Made by a program: the position numbers and the translations under genes. A stretch of 64,000 nucleotides of DNA from Spirochaetia bacterium. Its GTDB lineage: Bacteria > Spirochaetota > Spirochaetia > SZUA-6 > Bin103. Position 1 is the first letter of the stretch; every line of letters starts with the position of its first letter. The notes under the pieces are model-generated. The model was given only the letters and a program-made list of their open reading frames with translations, was not told the origin of the DNA and made no database searches. The stretch spans positions 3,008,001 through 3,072,000 of the forward strand of contig OZ241863.1 in NCBI GenBank assembly GCA_965203055.1, read 5' to 3'. This document shows positions 21,018 to 31,793 of this stretch, one piece after another.

Positions 21018-22562
21018 GTGAATCCCCCGCTCCTGTGTCTGTGCCTCACGGCTCCCACGCTGGCCGAGAACCTGGCGCAGGCGCGGCGCTTTCAGGCGCT
21101 GGTGGACCTGGTCGAGTTGCGCGTGGATCTGCTGCGCCCGTCCCAGTGGTCGGGTATCGCGCGCTTTCCGTTGGAGTGCCCGCTGCCGGCCCTGTGCACC
21201 ATCCGGCGGGTCCGCGACGGCGGAAGCTGGCCGGCCCCGGAACACACCCGCCGGCGCCTGCTGCGGGCCGCGGCCGCCGCCCGCTACCGCTACCTCGACC
21301 TGGAAGCGGACCTGCCCGCCGCCGCGGTGGCGGTGCCGCCGCGCGGCCCGCGCATAATCCGCTCGCTGCACGACCTGCGGGGCACTCCCGACAACCTGGA
21401 CTCGCTGCTGCGCGGGCTGGCGCGCGGCGCGCGGGAAATCCCGAAGCTGGCGGTGACGCCGCACGGGGTGGGCGACTTGGCGCGCATCGTGACCGCCGCG
21501 CGCGCGGCCGCGGGGCCGCGCATCGTGCTTGGCATGGGAGATTACGGCGTGCCAAGCCGGCTGTTGGCGGCGCGCCTGGGATCGTGGCTGACCTTTACCT
21601 CCGCCGGGCCGCGGCGCGCGGCCCCGGGACAGCTCGACCCGGTGACGCTGCAGCGCCGCTACCGGTTTCACTCGCTGCGCGCCGACACCCCGGTGTACGG
21701 CGTGATCGGCAATCCGGTAGCCCATTCGCGTTCGCCCGAGGTGCACAACCGCGGTCTGGCCGCGGCCGGGGCGGAGGGCGTGTACGTGCCGTTTCGGGTG
21801 GACTCGGCGGCGCAGTTCCTGGCGTTGGCGCCGGCGCTGGGAGTACGCGGGCTGTCGGTGACCATCCCGCACAAGGAGGCGGTAATCCCGCTGCTGGCGC
21901 GGTGCGACGCGTCGGTACGCGGCTGCGGCGCCTGCAACACGTTGGTGTGGGAACGGGGCGGCTGGACCGGTTACAACACCGACGCCGCCGGCTTCCTGGC
22001 GCCCCTGCGGCCGGAGCTTGCTGCCGGCCGCATCCGCCGGGCCACGGTCGTCGGCGCCGGGGGCGCCGCGCGGGCGATCGTCTGGGCGCTGCGCGGCGCC
22101 GGCGTGGAGGTGCTCATCGCCAACCGCCATCTGCCGCGGGCGCAACGGCTCGCGGCCGAGATGGGGGCCGCGGCCGCGGCGCTGTCGGCCGCCGACCTGG
22201 CGCAGCGCAGCGCCGGCTACCGCGATCTGATCGTGCAGGCTACCAGCGTGGGGATGCACGCCGGCGGCGAACCGGAGCCCGCGGCCGCCGGTGACCCGCT
22301 CGCCGCGCTGCCGCTCGCCGGCCGCGAGATCGTGTACGACATCGTCTATACGCCCCCCGAAACGCCGCTGCTGCGGCGGGCGCGGGCCGCCGGGTGTCAG
22401 GTGATCGCCGGCGGGGAGATGCTGCTCGGTCAGGCCGGCGAGCAGTTTTGCCTGTTTACCGGGAAGAAATACCCCGCCGGCGAACGGGCGCGCATGAGCG
22501 CCGCGTTGAGCGGCGCGGCGGGCGCCGGCCGTCAAGTGCCGGCGCCCGCGCGTCGATATTGA
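21018..22562 (+). CDS. aroDE: Fused type I 3-dehydroquinate dehydratase / shikimate dehydrogenase
   Basis: ELRVD, IIRSLHD, GMG...SR; GNPVAHSRSP, SVTIPHKE, NTD, GAGGAARA, DIVYTP. Confidence 0.9.
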   Translation: MNPPLLCLCLTAPTLAENLAQARRFQALVDLVELRVDLLRPSQWSGIARFPLECPLPALCTIRRVRDGGSWPAPEHTRRRLLRAAAAARYRYLDLEADLPAAAVAVPPRGPRIIRSLHDLRGTPDNLDSLLRGLARGAREIPKLAVTPHGVGDLARIVTAARAAAGPRIVLGMGDYGVPSRLLAARLGSWLTFTSAGPRRAAPGQLDPVTLQRRYRFHSLRADTPVYGVIGNPVAHSRSPEVHNRGLAAAGAEGVYVPFRVDSAAQFLALAPALGVRGLSVTIPHKEAVIPLLARCDASVRGCGACNTLVWERGGWTGYNTDAAGFLAPLRPELAAGRIRRATVVGAGGAARAIVWALRGAGVEVLIANRHLPRAQRLAAEMGAAAAALSAADLAQRSAGYRDLIVQATSVGMHAGGEPEPAAAGDPLAALPLAGREIVYDIVYTPPETPLLRRARAAGCQVIAGGEMLLGQAGEQFCLFTGKKYPAGERARMSAALSGAAGAGRQVPAPARRY

Positions 22563-22602
22563 AGCGTACGGACAGCCATGCTGCGCGCAGGGGGTATGCC
22601 AC

Positions 22603-23361
22603 GTGGATTCGCGAAATCGGCTCTGGTGGGTAATAGGAGGAGTCGGCCTCCTGCTGGTCGTGGTGCTGACCGGAGGACTCTTCTGGTTGAGTCCGGTGGA
22701 CTCGTCGGCGCCTGCCGACGACCTTGCGCTGCCGCCTCGGCAGCAGGGCACGGCGGCGTTCGAGTACGTGGCCGGACAAGCTGCCTCCGGCTCGGAAGGG
22801 CAGGCCGCCACTGCCGCGGGCGCCGGCGCGCGCGATACCCAGGCCGCGTTCACCGGCGGCGCGGTTGCGGCCGCGAATGGCGCTGAACCGACCGCCCCGG
22901 CAGCGCGCGCGGTGCCGCGGATAACGGTGGACCAGCCGGCGCCGGCCACGCCGGCGGCGGCCCCGGCCGTGCGCGCCATTCCCACCACCAGCGCCCGGAC
23001 GACCGCCGCGCCGGCCGCCGCCCGTACCCCGGCCGCCGCCAGCCCGCGCCCCGAGCCGGTCTCGGTGCGCGCCGTTCCGGCGCCGCCGGCGCTTGCCCCG
23101 GCCACGCCGTTGCATGAGTTCTGGGTACAGGTGGGGAGCTTTGCCAGCCGCAAGCGGGCGGACGACCTCGGCCAGCGGCTGAGCGACCAGGGCATCGTCA
23201 GCCGCGTTACCACCCGCAATTCGGGCGCCGAGGTGTTCTTTCGCGTCCGCGTCGGCCCCTATGCCAGCCGCGCGGAAGCGGAGAAGTTCCTCGCCTGGGT
23301 GAAGCGGGTCGACGGCCTGGACGGGAGTTACATCGCCTCGGTGCGCAACGCCGGCGGCTAG
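22603..23361 (+). CDS. SPOR-domain membrane protein (FtsN/DedD-like)
   Basis: N-terminal TM, Ala/Pro linker, FWVQVGSF...FRVRVGPY. Confidence 0.85.
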   Translation: MDSRNRLWWVIGGVGLLLVVVLTGGLFWLSPVDSSAPADDLALPPRQQGTAAFEYVAGQAASGSEGQAATAAGAGARDTQAAFTGGAVAAANGAEPTAPAARAVPRITVDQPAPATPAAAPAVRAIPTTSARTTAAPAAARTPAAASPRPEPVSVRAVPAPPALAPATPLHEFWVQVGSFASRKRADDLGQRLSDQGIVSRVTTRNSGAEVFFRVRVGPYASRAEAEKFLAWVKRVDGLDGSYIASVRNAGG

Positions 23362-23434
23362 CGACTCCGGTTCCCGGGCTTCGCCGGGCGGGGCGGCGTT
23401 GGCCGGGCGCCGCCAGGCATGCTAACGTGCGCCG

Positions 23435-24613
23435 ATGGCAGCCACCGATCTCGGGGTGTCGCGGGACGCGCCGAACAGCAACGCCGCGCCCGGCATCATG
23501 CAGATCGCCCCGTACGTGCCGGGACGCACCATCGAGGAGGTGGCGCGGGAACTGGGGCTGACCGACGTCATCAAGCTCGCGTCCAACGAAAACCCGCTCG
23601 GCGTCAGCCCCAAGGCGGCCGCCGCCATGAGCGCGGCGCTGCAGCGTTCCCACCGCTATCCCGAGATTACCAACCCGTTGCTGCAAGATGCCCTGGGGCG
23701 CGCCAACGCGGTCCCGCCGGAGTGCGTGCTCACCGGCAACGGGGCCGACTCCGTGCTCTACGCCGCGGCGCTGGCGTTCCTGCGTCCCGGGGACGAAGTG
23801 CTGGTGCCGCAGATTACCTTCGACGTGTACCGTACGGTGGCGCTGACCAAGGGAGCGGCGGTGACCGAGGTGCCGATGCCGAACCTGCGCCTCACCGCGG
23901 CCGGCGTGTTGGAGCGGATCACCGGGCGCACCCGGATGGTGTTCATCTGCAACCCGAACAATCCGACCGGCGCGCTGTTTTCGCGTCCGGCCATGGCGCG
24001 GCTGCTGGCGGAGCTGCCGGAGCGCGTGGTGCTGGTGCATGACGAAGTGTACCGGGAGTTCGCCGAGCCGGCCGCGTTCCCCGACCTGGCGCCGCGGGTC
24101 GCCGCCGGTCAGGGCAACCTGATTCTGGTGCGCAGCATGGCCAAGGCATACGGGCTGGCCGGGGTGCGGTTCGGCTACGGCATCATGGCGCCGGCCACCG
24201 CGGCCCTGCTGCAGCGCGTGCGGCCGCCGTTCGATACGTCGGTCCTGGCGCAGGCGGCGGCGCTGGCGGCCATCGACGATGACGAGTTTCTCGAACGCAC
24301 GCTGGAGCTCAATCGCCGCGGCAAGCGTCAACTGTACGCGGCCTGCGCTCGTCTCGGCCTGACGGTGGTACCCTCGCATGCCAACTTCGTTCTGGTGGAC
24401 GTGGGGCGCGGCGCGCGCGCCGTGGCGCAGCGGTTGTTGGAGCAGGGAATCATCGTGCGCACCCCGCGCCATCCCGCCCTGGCCCGCTACCTGCGGGTGA
24501 GCATCGGAACCGCGGCGCAGATGCAGCGCTTCACCGCCGCACTGGAGGAGACGCTGGCCGCGCCCGGCAGCCGCGGCGGCGGCGACCGCGGCGGCGCGTC
24601 ACCGAGCCGGTAG
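23435..24613 (+). CDS. hisC: Histidinol-phosphate aminotransferase
   Basis: YVPG, IKLASNENPLG, CNPNNPTG, RSMAKAYGLAGVRFGY. Confidence 0.92.
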   Translation: MAATDLGVSRDAPNSNAAPGIMQIAPYVPGRTIEEVARELGLTDVIKLASNENPLGVSPKAAAAMSAALQRSHRYPEITNPLLQDALGRANAVPPECVLTGNGADSVLYAAALAFLRPGDEVLVPQITFDVYRTVALTKGAAVTEVPMPNLRLTAAGVLERITGRTRMVFICNPNNPTGALFSRPAMARLLAELPERVVLVHDEVYREFAEPAAFPDLAPRVAAGQGNLILVRSMAKAYGLAGVRFGYGIMAPATAALLQRVRPPFDTSVLAQAAALAAIDDDEFLERTLELNRRGKRQLYAACARLGLTVVPSHANFVLVDVGRGARAVAQRLLEQGIIVRTPRHPALARYLRVSIGTAAQMQRFTAALEETLAAPGSRGGGDRGGASPSR

Positions 24614-24619
24614 CCGGTC

Positions 24620-25309
24620 ATGCTTCGCCGGGCCCGGCCCGCGCGGGGTTGGGCCCCGGCCTGCGGCGCGCTGGCCGCCGCCGCCACCCTGCTGGCAGTG
24701 CTGGCCGCCTGCGAGACCAGCCCTCCCGAACTATACGAGTTGCAGTGGCAGTTGCTCGACTTCGACGACCGCGAGCTTGGCCGCCGCTACGAGAGCCTGA
24801 GCCTGTTCGTCCGCGCCGGCGACGAGGACGGCGCGGACGATCTGGATGAACTCTACGTAATCCTGGACAGCGCCGAGCTGTTCTGGCGCCTCACCGCGGC
24901 CACCTGGACCCGGCGCGAGCAGGGCGGCTCGGCCTGGGTCGGCTCCGCCGCGCTCAGCATGCCGGGCCGGGAGCCGTTTCCGGCGGGGGAATATCGCCTG
25001 CTGCTGCTGGATCTCGGCGGCCAGCGGGACAGCGCCCGGTTCGTGCTGCCGGCGCAACGGCGCCCGACGCCGGCGCCGGAGGTGCGCGCCAGCGGCTCCC
25101 GGTTCGAAGTGCGCGGGGCGGCCGGGTACGAGTTGTGGGTAATGACCGGGAACGAACCGGTCATCACGCTGCCGGCCGCGGGGGAGGTCGATCTGGAACA
25201 GGAAGTCGATTTCCGCGCCGGAGCGCGGTACCAGGTATACGTGTTCGGGCAGGACGAAGGGGCCGACAAGGGATTCCTGAGCGGGCCCTACCCCTGGCAG
25301 GCGCCGTGA
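24620..25309 (+). CDS. Hypothetical lipoprotein
   Basis: Lipobox LAAC, coding-like codon pattern, operonic with hisC. Confidence 0.65.
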   Translation: MLRRARPARGWAPACGALAAAATLLAVLAACETSPPELYELQWQLLDFDDRELGRRYESLSLFVRAGDEDGADDLDELYVILDSAELFWRLTAATWTRREQGGSAWVGSAALSMPGREPFPAGEYRLLLLDLGGQRDSARFVLPAQRRPTPAPEVRASGSRFEVRGAAGYELWVMTGNEPVITLPAAGEVDLEQEVDFRAGARYQVYVFGQDEGADKGFLSGPYPWQAP

Positions 25310-25318
25310 TCCGAACCA

Positions 25319-25391
25319 TGCCGCCGAGCAGAATCGAACTGCTGACACGAGGATTTTCAGTCCTCTGCTCTACCATCTGAGCTACAGCGGC
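25319..25391 (-). tRNA. tRNA-Phe (GAA), CCA not encoded
   Basis: GCCGCTGTAGCTCAGATGGTAGAGCAGAGGACTGAAAATCCTCGTGTCAGCAGTTCGATTCTGCTCGGCGGCA folds as a cloverleaf with GAA anticodon. Confidence 0.96.
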
Positions 25392-25416
25392 TTCGCTAAA
25401 CCTTCAGGGCCCGCAT

Positions 25417-25445
25417 AGTCTACGCTTTGGCGGCCCCAGGGTCAA
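25417..25445 (-). promoter_or_regulatory. Sigma70 promoter for tRNA-Phe
   Basis: Minus strand TTGACC-N17-TAGACT. Confidence 0.65.
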
Positions 25446-25461
25446 TATCGAGGCCGGCGGA

Positions 25462-26463
25462 TCAGGCGTGCTCGCCGAGGTAGCGTTCCGCTTCCATGGC
25501 GGCCATGCAACCGCTGCCGGCAGCGGTCACCGCCTGCCGGTACACCTTGTCCTGCACGTCGCCGCAGGCGAACACCCCCGGTTTGCTGGTGACCGTCGAG
25601 TCACCCGGGGTGACCAGGTAACCGGTGGCGTCGGTCTCCAGTTGGCCTGCCAGGAAGGCGGTGTTGGGCTCGTGGCCGATGGCGAAGAACAGCCCGCCGG
25701 CCGGCATCTCGCCGGCGGCGCCGCTCTTGACGTTGCGCGTGCCTACCCCGGCGACCAGCTCGTCACCGAGCACCTCGGTCAGGACCGTGTCCCACGACAC
25801 CTCGATCTTGTCGTTGGCGAACACCCGTTGCTGCATCGCCTTCGACGCGCGCATCCGGTCGCGGCGGACCAGCATGGTCACGCTGCTGGCGTACCGGGTC
25901 AGGAAGGTCGCTTCCTCGGCCGCGGTGTCGCCGCCGCCCACCACCACCAGCCGCTTGCCGCGGAACACCGGCAGCGCGCCGTCGCACACCGCGCAGGCCG
26001 AAATCCCGCGCTGCCACAGGCGCTCGGCGCCGGGAACCTCCAGGCGCTTGGCGGTGGCGCCGGTGGCGATGATCAGGGTGCGGGTACGCACCGTGCCGCC
26101 GCTTTCGGTGGTCACCGCGTAGGGCGGCTCAGCCAAGTCCACCCGGCTGACGGTCTCGGTCACGATGCGCGCGCCGCTGCGTTCCGACTGCCGGCGCATC
26201 AGGTACATCAACTCGGGGCCGCCGATGCCGTCGGGGAAGCCGGGGTAGTTCTCGACCTCGGTAGTGGTGGTGAGCTGGCCGCCGGCGGCCACCCCGCCGG
26301 CCATGAACCCCTCGTACATCAGCGGCTCCAGCATGGCGCGGCCGGCGTACACCGCGGCGGTGTGTCCCGCCGGCCCGGAGCCGATGATGACGCAGTTCTC
26401 GACTTTTTCAGGACCGCCGCCGCTGCCGTTCGCCGCGGCGGCGTAGCGGCGCGCTCCGCGCAT
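25462..26463 (-). CDS. trxB: Thioredoxin-disulfide reductase
   Basis: [47 protein letters not shown]. Confidence 0.96.
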   Translation of the reverse strand: MRGARRYAAAANGSGGGPEKVENCVIIGSGPAGHTAAVYAGRAMLEPLMYEGFMAGGVAAGGQLTTTTEVENYPGFPDGIGGPELMYLMRRQSERSGARIVTETVSRVDLAEPPYAVTTESGGTVRTRTLIIATGATAKRLEVPGAERLWQRGISACAVCDGALPVFRGKRLVVVGGGDTAAEEATFLTRYASSVTMLVRRDRMRASKAMQQRVFANDKIEVSWDTVLTEVLGDELVAGVGTRNVKSGAAGEMPAGGLFFAIGHEPNTAFLAGQLETDATGYLVTPGDSTVTSKPGVFACGDVQDKVYRQAVTAAGSGCMAAMEAERYLGEHA

Positions 26464-26470
26464 GGGCGCC

Positions 26471-27073
26471 CTAGGCCGCGAAGCGCTCGGCTACGGCGTC
26501 CCAGTTGATGACGTTGAAGAAGGCGGCGATGTAGTCGGGCCGCCGGTTCTGATACTTCAGGTAGTAGGCGTGCTCCCACACGTCCATGCCCAGCAGCGGG
26601 GTGTCGCCCTGCATCAGCGGGCTGTCCTGATTGGCGGTGCTGTATACGGCCACGCCGCCGCCGCTGCTCTTGACCAGCCAGGCCCAGCCGCTGCCGAAGC
26701 GCTTGGTGCCGGCGTCGGCGAACTTCTCCTTGAAGCCCGCGAAGCTGCCGCAGGCCTGGTTGATGGCGTTGGCCAGGGCGCCGCTCGGCTCCCCGCCGCC
26801 GTCCGGTCCCATCACCGACCAGAACAGGCTATGGTTGGCGTGACCGCCGCCGTTGTTCTGCACCGCGGTGCGGATGTCGGCCGGCACCTGCGAAATGTCG
26901 CGCAGCAGCTTCTCGATGCTCCAACTCTCGAACTCGGTGCCGCCCACCGCGGCGTTGAGGTTGGTCACGTAGGTGGCGTGATGCTTGTCGTGGTGGATGG
27001 TCATGGTCTGCGCATCGATGTGCGGTTCCAGGGCGTCGTAGGCGTAGGGCAGGGGCGGCGTCTCAAAGGCCAT
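26471..27073 (-). CDS. sodA: Superoxide dismutase, probably Mn type
   Basis: [34 protein letters not shown]. Confidence 0.92.
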   Translation of the reverse strand: MAFETPPLPYAYDALEPHIDAQTMTIHHDKHHATYVTNLNAAVGGTEFESWSIEKLLRDISQVPADIRTAVQNNGGGHANHSLFWSVMGPDGGGEPSGALANAINQACGSFAGFKEKFADAGTKRFGSGWAWLVKSSGGGVAVYSTANQDSPLMQGDTPLLGMDVWEHAYYLKYQNRRPDYIAAFFNVINWDAVAERFAA

Positions 27074-27173
27074 CTGCAACTCCTCGTAACGGGTATTTTC
27101 GAAAGAGGCGTGGATTTCCGGGCCAAGCCGGCGCGCCTCAACGCGGCAAAAGTATCAGCCCGCCCGTAACCGG

Positions 27174-28331
27174 TCAAGGTTGCTGCGGCGCCGCGGCGCC
27201 CTCGGCGGCGGCGGCGGCGAGCGCCAGTTCTTCGTCGATGACCTCCGCCAAGCGCTCGAACCGCACCGCTCCTCCGCCCAGCGAGCGGCCGTTCACGAAC
27301 AGCGCGGGGGTGCCCGTGACCCCGGCCGCGGTGCCGGCGCGCAGGTCGGCGCGCACCGCCGCGTAGTACCGGTCCGAATCGAGGCAGCGGTCGAAGGCCG
27401 CGCCGTCCAGCCCCAGCCGGCGCGCCATCTCCTTGAGGGAGGAAACTTCGAGCGAGTCCTGCTCGGCGAACATCAGGTCGTGCAGCTCCCAGAACTTGCC
27501 CTGCTCCCGGGCGCACGACGCTGCTTCCGCCGCCTTTTGGGCATGGGGATGGATCGCGTCGAGCGGAAAGTGGCGGTAGACGATGCGCAGCTTGCCGGCA
27601 TAGTCCCGCTTGGCGCGCTCCAGAGTCGGCAGCAGGCGGGCGCAGAACGGACACTGGAAGTCGGAGAACTCGACGACGGTCACCGGCGCGTCCGGCGGCC
27701 CGAACGCGGCGAAGCCGTCGGCGGCCACCTCGAAGCGCAGCGGACCGAGCCGGTACTGCGCGCCGAAGCGCTGCTCCAGGCCGGCGTAGAACCGCTCCTC
27801 GGCCCGGCTCAGCGCCTGCTCCTCCAGGTAGGAGCGGATCTGGCCGGCGACCTGCGCCAGCGGGTAGGGGATGCGCTCCTGGTTCTGCAGGTAGAACGCT
27901 TCGATCGCCTCCTGCTCCACCGGCTGCGCCTCCCGGCGGAGGCCCGCTTCCAGCGCCGCGCGCGTCTCGCCGGTGCGGGCGCTTTCGAGCGCGAGCAGGC
28001 GGTCGCGCACGATCCCGCGCAACACCGACTGCAGCGCCTCGTGGCGGCCGCGCCAGGCGTCGCTCTCGCAGCGCAGGCGCGTCAGCTCGTTCTGTTCCAA
28101 CGCCGGCGCAGCCGCGGCCAGCAGCTCGGCCCGGTCGATGCTCTCGGCCCCGATGCTCGCTACGACCGCTGCGGCCTCATCCTCGGCGGCCAGCGGGAGC
28201 GCGGCGGCCAGCAGCAGGCCGACGGCCAGCAGGAAACCGCCGCCGCAACGCCGCGGCCGCGCCGCCAGCCACGCTGCCGGCACGTCAGCGGTCCATCTTG
28301 GGAAAGTTATTTCCACGGTCATGCGGCTCAT
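27174..28331 (-). CDS. DsbA-like thioredoxin-domain exported protein
   Basis: EFSDFQCPFC, YRHFPL, GVTGTP; N-terminal signal and helical domain. Confidence 0.88.
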   Translation of the reverse strand: MSRMTVEITFPRWTADVPAAWLAARPRRCGGGFLLAVGLLLAAALPLAAEDEAAAVVASIGAESIDRAELLAAAAPALEQNELTRLRCESDAWRGRHEALQSVLRGIVRDRLLALESARTGETRAALEAGLRREAQPVEQEAIEAFYLQNQERIPYPLAQVAGQIRSYLEEQALSRAEERFYAGLEQRFGAQYRLGPLRFEVAADGFAAFGPPDAPVTVVEFSDFQCPFCARLLPTLERAKRDYAGKLRIVYRHFPLDAIHPHAQKAAEAASCAREQGKFWELHDLMFAEQDSLEVSSLKEMARRLGLDGAAFDRCLDSDRYYAAVRADLRAGTAAGVTGTPALFVNGRSLGGGAVRFERLAEVIDEELALAAAAAEGAAAPQQP

Positions 28332-28359
28332 GGCGATATTACTCTACTTCTTGCCGGGA

Positions 28360-28998
28360 TCAGGCGCCGGCGCTCTGTTCCGGGACGGCGTCCGCGTCCA
28401 GTTCGATGTCGAAGACCGTGCCGATCTGGTCGTCGGCCAGGGTGTCGGCGGCGGCGCCGGCGGGCAGCTCCAACTGCGCGGAGATCAACTCGGCGGGATC
28501 GACCCCGCGCAGGCGAAACAGCAGTTCCGGGCTGGCGTCCAGTCGATTGCCGATGCCGTAGAGCGCCGCGGCGACGTGCTTGCACATGCTCGCCCAGTCG
28601 GGGCAACTGCACTGCAGCGTAATCTCGCGCGGCTTGGGGAACAAGCCGCGGGCGGGATCGGTCACCACCGCCATCACTTCGTCGGACAATGAGCCGCGCA
28701 ACAGCTCCAGGAGCGAGCCGATCTGGCCGGCGCAACGGGTCTTGATCGCCTGCCAAGCGGCATCCGGCAGCGGCTTGACCCGGACCGTGACGGCGTAGGG
28801 GCGCGGCCGCGAGCCGCTGACCTTGGCCTTCACCCGGCCCGGCTCGATCTCCAGATTCAGGATCGAACCGCGGCGCGCGTAGGTGCGGCCGCGCGGCAGC
28901 CGGTTGGCGAAGTCGGAGAACGACTCCAGATGCGCGCACCAGCGCCGCCCCCAGAAGCTGCGCGCAATGAGATTGCCTTTGATCGTGATCGGCTCCAT
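28360..28998 (-). CDS. SWIM zinc-finger protein
   Basis: NRLPRGRTY, CSCPDWASMCKHVAAALY. Confidence 0.9.
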   Translation of the reverse strand: MEPITIKGNLIARSFWGRRWCAHLESFSDFANRLPRGRTYARRGSILNLEIEPGRVKAKVSGSRPRPYAVTVRVKPLPDAAWQAIKTRCAGQIGSLLELLRGSLSDEVMAVVTDPARGLFPKPREITLQCSCPDWASMCKHVAAALYGIGNRLDASPELLFRLRGVDPAELISAQLELPAGAAADTLADDQIGTVFDIELDADAVPEQSAGA

Positions 28999-29015
28999 CG
29001 TTTTCCCGCTCCTTC

Positions 29016-31733
29016 CTACTCCGCGGCGCGGGATACGTCCAGCCGCACCAGTTCCAGCAGCTCGTCGTCGGGCAGTTCGGTCAGGTTGATCTCCCCGCCG
29101 CCGGCCCCGGCGCCGGGCAGCAGGTCGGCCGCCAACTGCCGCTTGTCGCGGATCAGGCTATCGATCCGCTCCTCCACCGTGCCGCGGGTAATGAACTTGT
29201 GCACCAGGACGTTGCGCCGCTGGCCGATGCGGAAGGCGCGGTCGGTGGCCTGGTCTTCCACCGCCGGATTCCACCAGCGGTCGAAGTGGATCACGTGCGA
29301 CGCCGCGGTCAGGTTCAGACCGGTGCCGCCGGCCTTCAGCGACAGCACCAGAAACGGCGGGCCGTCGTCGCGCTGGAACCGCTCCACCACGGCGCGGCGC
29401 TGCTTGACGCTCGTGCCGCCGTGCAGCGCCAGCCCGGCGGCGCGGAACAGAGTCGCCAGATAGTCGGCGAGCGGATCGATGATCTCCCGATATTGGGTGA
29501 AGATCAGCGCCTTCTCCTGGCGGTCCGCGAGTTCCTCGCAGATTTCCGCCAGGCGCTGGAACTTGCCGCTTGCCGCCGGGGCGTACTCGCCGTCGCCGGA
29601 GAGTTGGCTGGGGTGATTGCACACCTGCTTCAGGCGCAGCAGCGACGCCAGCACCAGACCGCGCCGCGCCATGCGGTCGCCCGACTCGGCGGATTCCAGG
29701 GCGCGCTGCAGGGCCTGCACCACCTGCTGGTAGAGTCGGACCTGCGCCGGCGAGAGCTGGCAGTAGCGGGCGGTTTCGGTCTTCTCCGGCAGGTCGGCGA
29801 TGATGCTGCGGTCGGTCTTGAGCCGGCGCAGGAGGTAGGGGCTCACCAGCCGGCGCAACGGCGCGAACGGTTGCTGCGCCCGCGCCTGCAGGGTCTTGAC
29901 GAAGGCGCGGAACACGCTTTGCGAGCCGAGCAGTCCGGGATTGAGGAAGTCGAACAGCGCCCACAGGTCGCCGAGCCGGTTTTCGACCGGCGTACCGGTC
30001 AGGGCCACGCGGGCGTCCGCGGGCAGCGCTCGGGCGGCGCGGCTCTGCCGGGTGGCCGGGTTTCTGATCGCCTGCGCCTCGTCCAGGATCACCAGCCGCC
30101 AGCGGATCTCCGCCAGCCAACTCTGGCGTACCAACATGGCGTAGGTGGTAACGACCAGGTCGGCGGCGGCCAGATGCTTCCGCGGCGCCGCGGCGATCTC
30201 CGCCAGGATCTGGCGGTCGTTCTCGGCCGGATGGAGGAAGCAGAGCCGCAGGGAGGGCGCGAACCGCTCCGCTTCGGCGCGCCAGTTGCCCAGCAGCGAC
30301 GCCGGCACGACCAGCAGGGCGGGAGCGCGCCGCCGGGCTCCGTTCGCGGGCCGGTCGCACAGCAGCAGGGCCAGCACCTGGATCGTCTTGCCGAGCCCCA
30401 TGTCGTCGGCCAGACAGGCGCCGAACCCCAGCCGGGTCAAAAAGTGCAACCAGGCCAGCCCGGCGCGTTGATAGGGCCGCAGCGTTCCCTGCAGGGCGGC
30501 GCCCAGTTCCGCTTCGCGCCGCTCCGAGCCGCCCGGCTGGCGCAGCCCGGCCAGCAGCTCGCGCATTGCGGCGCCGGCTTCGATCCGCACCCACGGCCGG
30601 TCGGCTTCGGTCTGTTCCTCCTGCTGCAGGTCGGCGGAGGCGCCGGCCAGCAGTCGCATCCCTTCGATGAAGGAGAGGCCGTCGCCGCCCGCCTGCTCCT
30701 GCAATGCTTCCCAGTGGGAGATCGCCTGTTGCAACCGTTCGCGGTCCACCTCCACCCACTGGTTGCGCAGCTGAACCAGGTTGCCCGCGCCGTCCCGCAA
30801 CTCCTGCAGTTCAGCCGCCGACAGCGCGCGGTCGCCCAGGGCTACCTCGACCTTGAAGTCTAGCATCGCCGCGGCGTCCACCCGCGCCGGGGTCTCCGTG
30901 CCGATCGTCACCGCCACCCGCGGCCGGGGCCGTTTGCGCCACCAGTTCGGCACCCGTACCGACAAGCCGCACCGCTCCAGATCGGGCACGCTCTGCAGGA
31001 AGCGGTAGGCCTGCTCGGGCGGCCACGTCAGCGCGCCATAGAGGTTGCCCGAGCCCGCCAGTTCCCGCACCCAGGAGCATGCCTTGGCAGCTTCCTCCAC
31101 CGGCGACAGCAGCTTGAGCAGCGCGGCCCGGTCGTCCGCTCCGGCGTACTGTTGCAGGGCGTTGCGCAGCGGCGCGTGCTTCAACCGGCCGCCGGCGCCG
31201 AAGCCGGTGGAGTAGGTGGCCAGAAACGCGAACGGGCGCTCCTCATCGGCGCGGTTCTCGGCCAGGTGAAAGCAGACCCGGCCCACCTGATGCCAGCGCG
31301 GCGCCCGCCGGCTCAGCAGCTCCTCCAGGCCGCCGGCCTCCGCCGCGGCGGCGCGGACCCACTGGCCGAGTTGCTCCCACAGCCGCTGCAGGAGCTCCGG
31401 CGACAGGTACTCTCCGCCCTCCATCGGCGGGGCGGTGAGCATCCAGGCCGCGCACTGGGCGGCGGTCGGCGGCGCCGCCAGGGGACATGCGGAATCCGGC
31501 CCCGCGGCCGCCGGCAGGTGGCACAAGGCGGTGAGATACTGCTCGGCGAATTGCTGCCAGTAGCGCAGCGCCGGGAACTCCTGCGCCGGCAGCCGTTCGG
31601 CCGCCAGGGTGAACAGCGCGCTGCGCCAGTCGCTCCGCATCGCCTCCGGGACGCCGCCCAGTTCGGCCGGCGCCGGCGCGTCCGCGGCCGGCTCCCAGCG
31701 CAACTGGCCGGCCGGCGTCAGCCGCACGCTCAT
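29016..31733 (-). CDS. SNF2-family DEAD/DEAH helicase
   Basis: LRPYQ, LADDMGLGKT, LDEAQ, TGTPVEN, LSLKAGGTGLNL, DRWWNPAVEDQATDRAFRIGQ. Confidence 0.95.
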   Translation of the reverse strand: MSVRLTPAGQLRWEPAADAPAPAELGGVPEAMRSDWRSALFTLAAERLPAQEFPALRYWQQFAEQYLTALCHLPAAAGPDSACPLAAPPTAAQCAAWMLTAPPMEGGEYLSPELLQRLWEQLGQWVRAAAAEAGGLEELLSRRAPRWHQVGRVCFHLAENRADEERPFAFLATYSTGFGAGGRLKHAPLRNALQQYAGADDRAALLKLLSPVEEAAKACSWVRELAGSGNLYGALTWPPEQAYRFLQSVPDLERCGLSVRVPNWWRKRPRPRVAVTIGTETPARVDAAAMLDFKVEVALGDRALSAAELQELRDGAGNLVQLRNQWVEVDRERLQQAISHWEALQEQAGGDGLSFIEGMRLLAGASADLQQEEQTEADRPWVRIEAGAAMRELLAGLRQPGGSERREAELGAALQGTLRPYQRAGLAWLHFLTRLGFGACLADDMGLGKTIQVLALLLCDRPANGARRRAPALLVVPASLLGNWRAEAERFAPSLRLCFLHPAENDRQILAEIAAAPRKHLAAADLVVTTYAMLVRQSWLAEIRWRLVILDEAQAIRNPATRQSRAARALPADARVALTGTPVENRLGDLWALFDFLNPGLLGSQSVFRAFVKTLQARAQQPFAPLRRLVSPYLLRRLKTDRSIIADLPEKTETARYCQLSPAQVRLYQQVVQALQRALESAESGDRMARRGLVLASLLRLKQVCNHPSQLSGDGEYAPAASGKFQRLAEICEELADRQEKALIFTQYREIIDPLADYLATLFRAAGLALHGGTSVKQRRAVVERFQRDDGPPFLVLSLKAGGTGLNLTAASHVIHFDRWWNPAVEDQATDRAFRIGQRRNVLVHKFITRGTVEERIDSLIRDKRQLAADLLPGAGAGGGEINLTELPDDELLELVRLDVSRAAE

Positions 31734-31793
31734 CGCGCGCTCGCCGGCTGCGTTGGGCCGCCCCTCACCGCCCCGGCGGCAGGCAACGGAAGA

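Noticed and set aside
21018..22562. aroD-aroE fusion as a novelty
   Set aside because: Known fusion in several bacterial phyla and plants
25319..25391. tRNA-Phe as an island integration site
   Set aside because: No integrase and no duplicated tRNA 3' end seen; flanks are housekeeping genes
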